From positions 1 to 45,080 of the forward strand of contig DASRGZ010000184.1 of the NCBI GenBank assembly GCA_035650735.1: a stretch of DNA of 45,080 nucleotides. Reading direction: 5' to 3'. The notes beneath the pieces were generated by a model that was not told the DNA's origin, made no database searches, and was given only the letters and a program-made list of their open reading frames with translations. This DNA comes from Chthonomonadaceae bacterium. GTDB lineage: Bacteria; Armatimonadota; Chthonomonadetes; Chthonomonadales; Chthonomonadaceae. Every line of letters starts with the position of its first letter. The first letter of the stretch is position 1. This document shows positions 40,767 to 45,080 of the stretch, one piece after another. The position numbers and the translations under genes are program-made.

Positions 40767-41844
40767 GACTTCGACGGATGCGGCGGTGGTGGAGGCGGTA
40801 CACGGCCAGCCTCCTCCGCTGTCGGCTCAGGCGCTGGCCACGCGCGAGCTCAGCGTGCTGGCGGTGCTGATCCTGCTGGGCGTCGTCATGCTGTTCACTC
40901 CCGCCCGCTCGGCCTTCTATAGCGAGCGCAACCTGCAAAACATCCTGTTGCAGGTTGCGCTCCTGGCCATCTTTGCCATCGGGGAGACTATCGTCATCAT
41001 CGCGGGCGGCATTGACCTGTCGCTTGGCTCGCTGATCGCCTTTACCAGCATGCTGCTGGCCTGGATGGTGACCCATTTCGACGAGCGCATGTATACCAGC
41101 GCGGCAGTTGGGCTGGCGATTGCGTTGACGCTGCTGATCTCGTTGGGGATCGGGGGCATCCACGCCACGCTGATCCACCGGCTGCGGCTGCCGGCATTTG
41201 TCGTCACCCTGGTTTCGCTGCTGGTACTGCGCAGCCAATCCCTGGTCATGAACCATCACCAGCAGATCGTCATCGCGCCGGAGAAGTATCCTCTGTTCGA
41301 CTGGCTGGCTAACGGCAAGCTGCCGATTTTCGGCTGGCGTCCCGGTGCAGCTGGCATTGCCGAGCCGCGCTTTCCTATTCCCGTGCCAGCGATCCTCTTG
41401 ATCCTGATCGCCCTCGCCACGCATGTGCTGCTGACGCGCACGCGCATGGGACGCTATCTCTATAGCGTCGGCAGCAATGAACAGGCTACGCTCCTTTCGG
41501 GCGTGAACGTCTTCTACGTCAAGCTGTTTGCGTACGGGGCGAGCGCGCTGCTGGGCGGCGTGGCGGGCATCTTGTGGGCGGGCTATGGCGGCCAGGGCGA
41601 CCCGCAGATCGGCAACGCCTATGAGCTAGACGCGGTGGCGGCGGCGGTCGTCGGCGGGGCGAGCCTTACCGGCGGGCAGGGCAGCGTCCTGGGAACCGTA
41701 CTGGGCGCGTGTCTGCTGCACTCGATCTTTAGCGCCATTAACCTGACGCTCAGCGAGCCGTCGCTGTGGCGGGGCACGGTGGTCGGCGGCGTGCTGCTTC
41801 TGGCCGTTCTGGCGACGGCGCTGCAGCAGCGGCAGCGGGGCTAG
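40741..41844 (+). CDS. Sugar ABC transporter permease (RbsC-like)
   Basis: Motifs GGIDLSLGS, PAFVVTL, GRYLYSVGSN and YELDAVAAAVVGGASLTGG. Start codon uncertain. Confidence 0.93.
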   Translation: MRNILHPPETSTDAAVVEAVHGQPPPLSAQALATRELSVLAVLILLGVVMLFTPARSAFYSERNLQNILLQVALLAIFAIGETIVIIAGGIDLSLGSLIAFTSMLLAWMVTHFDERMYTSAAVGLAIALTLLISLGIGGIHATLIHRLRLPAFVVTLVSLLVLRSQSLVMNHHQQIVIAPEKYPLFDWLANGKLPIFGWRPGAAGIAEPRFPIPVPAILLILIALATHVLLTRTRMGRYLYSVGSNEQATLLSGVNVFYVKLFAYGASALLGGVAGILWAGYGGQGDPQIGNAYELDAVAAAVVGGASLTGGQGSVLGTVLGACLLHSIFSAINLTLSEPSLWRGTVVGGVLLLAVLATALQQRQRG

Positions 41845-41889
41845 CTGGGGTTAAGTCCGCCGCGCGAAAGCCTAACGAGGAGGCGAGAG

Positions 41890-42273
41890 ATGGCCGTGCA
41901 CGAGAAGCATTTCACCCTGGAGCAGGCGCGCAACGAACTGCCGGGGCTGCGCCGTCGCTTCGCCCGCATCCGGGAACTGCTGGCCGAACTCCAGCAGGCG
42001 CAGATGGAGCTAGAGCAGATCCAGAAGCTGATCCGCAGCAATGGGCAGGCTTCCAGCCATCCCGACTATGGGGAGACCCTCCGCGAATTACAGGATCTCG
42101 TCACCCAGATCACCGAGCGCGGCATCGAAATCAAAGACCTGGCGAGCGGGCTGGTGGATTTCTCCCATTGGCGCGAGGGACATGAGGTCTACCTGTGCTG
42201 GCTCTACGGTGAGGAGGACATCCGCTACTGGCACACCCTCGACGGCGGGTTTGCCGGGCGCAAGCCCCTCTAA
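41890..42273 (+). CDS. DUF2203 family protein
   Basis: Motifs FTLEQA, GIEIKDL..GLVDF, VYLCW..GE, WH and GFAGR; RBS GAGGAGG. Confidence 0.88.
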   Translation: MAVHEKHFTLEQARNELPGLRRRFARIRELLAELQQAQMELEQIQKLIRSNGQASSHPDYGETLRELQDLVTQITERGIEIKDLASGLVDFSHWREGHEVYLCWLYGEEDIRYWHTLDGGFAGRKPL

Positions 42274-42337
42274 GCCTGCGCTCAGAGCCATCGCGTCGCT
42301 TTCCCCTCTCGGAAAACGGCCCACTCGCTCCGGGGCC

Positions 42338-42400
42338 TCTGCCTGCGTAGGCAGGCAGCGGGCCGTAGGCCCCACAGCGGCAGGTTTAGCCTGCCAGGAA
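42338..42400. repeat. 'Empty' family C core
   Basis: TCTGCCTGCGTAGGCAGGCAGCGGGCCGTAGGCCCCACAGCGGCAGGTTTAGCCTGCC is close to the reverse complement of 28985-29046. Confidence 0.8.
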
Positions 42401-42412
42401 AGCCCATCGGCG

Positions 42413-42961
42413 TCACGATTGGTTGATAAGCTCCTTTACCTGCTCCTCCAGCGAGGTGTCGCCAGGCGTATAGCCCTCGATGCGGGAGCGGATCTGGCCC
42501 TTCCGGTCAATTACGTAGAGGGTTGGAATTGAGGGGGAATTGTATTTGTCGGCAATATCCGGGATGTCCTCCGCAAAGATAATGGGATAGGTCATTCCTA
42601 GCTCCCTCCGCATCTGCGGCACCATCGCCCGCGTGGAGGAATCGTCCACCGAGACGCCGATGACCTGCAAGCCCCGATCCTTATATTTCTTATACAGCGC
42701 CTCGACCTCCGGGATGCTCATGCGGCACGGCCCGCACCATGTCGCCCAGAAGTCCAGCAGGACGACCTTGCCACGCAGCGCCGAAAGCGAGGTTTCGCCG
42801 CCGGGCAGCTTCGGAAACTTCAGATCGGGCGCCTGCCGCACAGGCTCCGGCTTCTGCACGCTGGGCGACTCTGTACCGGGCGGCTGGATAGTCACCAGCC
42901 GCACAAACAACGCCCCCAGGACAACGCCCAATAAGATAAGCAGCAATCGCATTCGTAACAT
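42413..42961 (-). CDS. TlpA-family thiol:disulfide oxidoreductase
   Basis: N-terminal TM helix; motifs APDL, DFWATWCGPC and IPTLYVIDRKG. Confidence 0.93.
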   Translation of the reverse strand: MLRMRLLLILLGVVLGALFVRLVTIQPPGTESPSVQKPEPVRQAPDLKFPKLPGGETSLSALRGKVVLLDFWATWCGPCRMSIPEVEALYKKYKDRGLQVIGVSVDDSSTRAMVPQMRRELGMTYPIIFAEDIPDIADKYNSPSIPTLYVIDRKGQIRSRIEGYTPGDTSLEEQVKELINQS

Positions 42962-43201
42962 TGCTTTTGTTTTGCTCCCCTTGTCTTTGCCCGCAGCCGT
43001 CTTACGGCAAGCAAGCCTCCTGTTGCTTCTTCATACGTTTTTGCCGTTACCTGAAGTTCTATGCCGCTTCGCGCCGTACTAGAGAAAAATCCTCGCGGCG
43101 ATTGCGTAAAGGAAACTGAGGCGTTCTCTCTACCGCACGCCCTTTCCATGCCGATAACAGGATATGCCGCCGCGCAAGCGTAACACACAGGAGGATTCTT
43201 T

Positions 43202-44830
<1,629 letters not shown>

Positions 44831-45080
44831 ACCTAACCCCCCTTCCCTACGAGGGAAGGGGGTGACCCGGCTTCTGCGCTCCCTGTCTCTGCCCGCGTAG
44901 GTGTCGCAAGGCGGAGGGCTGTGGCAAAGCGGAGGCAGGGGCCGTAACCCTGCCGACCCTGGCAGTCCGTTGCAGGCCCGACCCTGGCAGTCAGCGGGCC
45001 TGGCTAGGCGGAGATCGCCAGGCAGAGCCGCGAACCGTTGAGCGGCGTCCCTGGCAGTCGAGCGAGCGCAGCGCCGCCCC
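44831..45080. repeat. Family C element end followed by a family E mosaic array (continues past the window end)
   Basis: ACCTAACCCCCCTTCCC..GGGAAGGGGGTGACCCGGCTTCT matches the reverse complement of 29055-29105 and 30089-30141, followed by TCGCAAGG and GACCCTGGCAGTC modules as at 36107-36313. Confidence 0.85.

Overview
GC-rich bacterial chromosomal window (an Armatimonadota/Chloroflexota-like organism is only a guess) containing mostly metabolic and regulatory genes. In order: a cytidylate-kinase-like gene; tRNA-Pro(GGG) with a probable integrase remnant at its 3' end; a putative glycoside hydrolase; a split FluG/NodGS-like pair (GS-like plus amidohydrolase); a hybrid histidine kinase / REC-PP2C-RsbW fusion / STAS partner-switching module followed by zwf and glgP; a radical SAM gene; a HEAT-TlpA fusion; a GH57 amylase; glpK-glpD; an 11-gene nonulosonic-acid/surface-glycan cluster; an M48 protease; rpoN with a ~300-nt leader; a sugar isomerase with an ATPase-less sugar ABC pair; DUF2203; TlpA; and pckA. 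The most unusual signal lies in the repeats: several families of short palindromic, mobile-looking elements fill many intergenic spacers and nest inside one another. One copy sits in frame (180 bp, 60 aa, flanked by a 7-bp direct repeat) inside the DegT aminotransferase gene. All protein calls come from motif recognition only; no searches were run.
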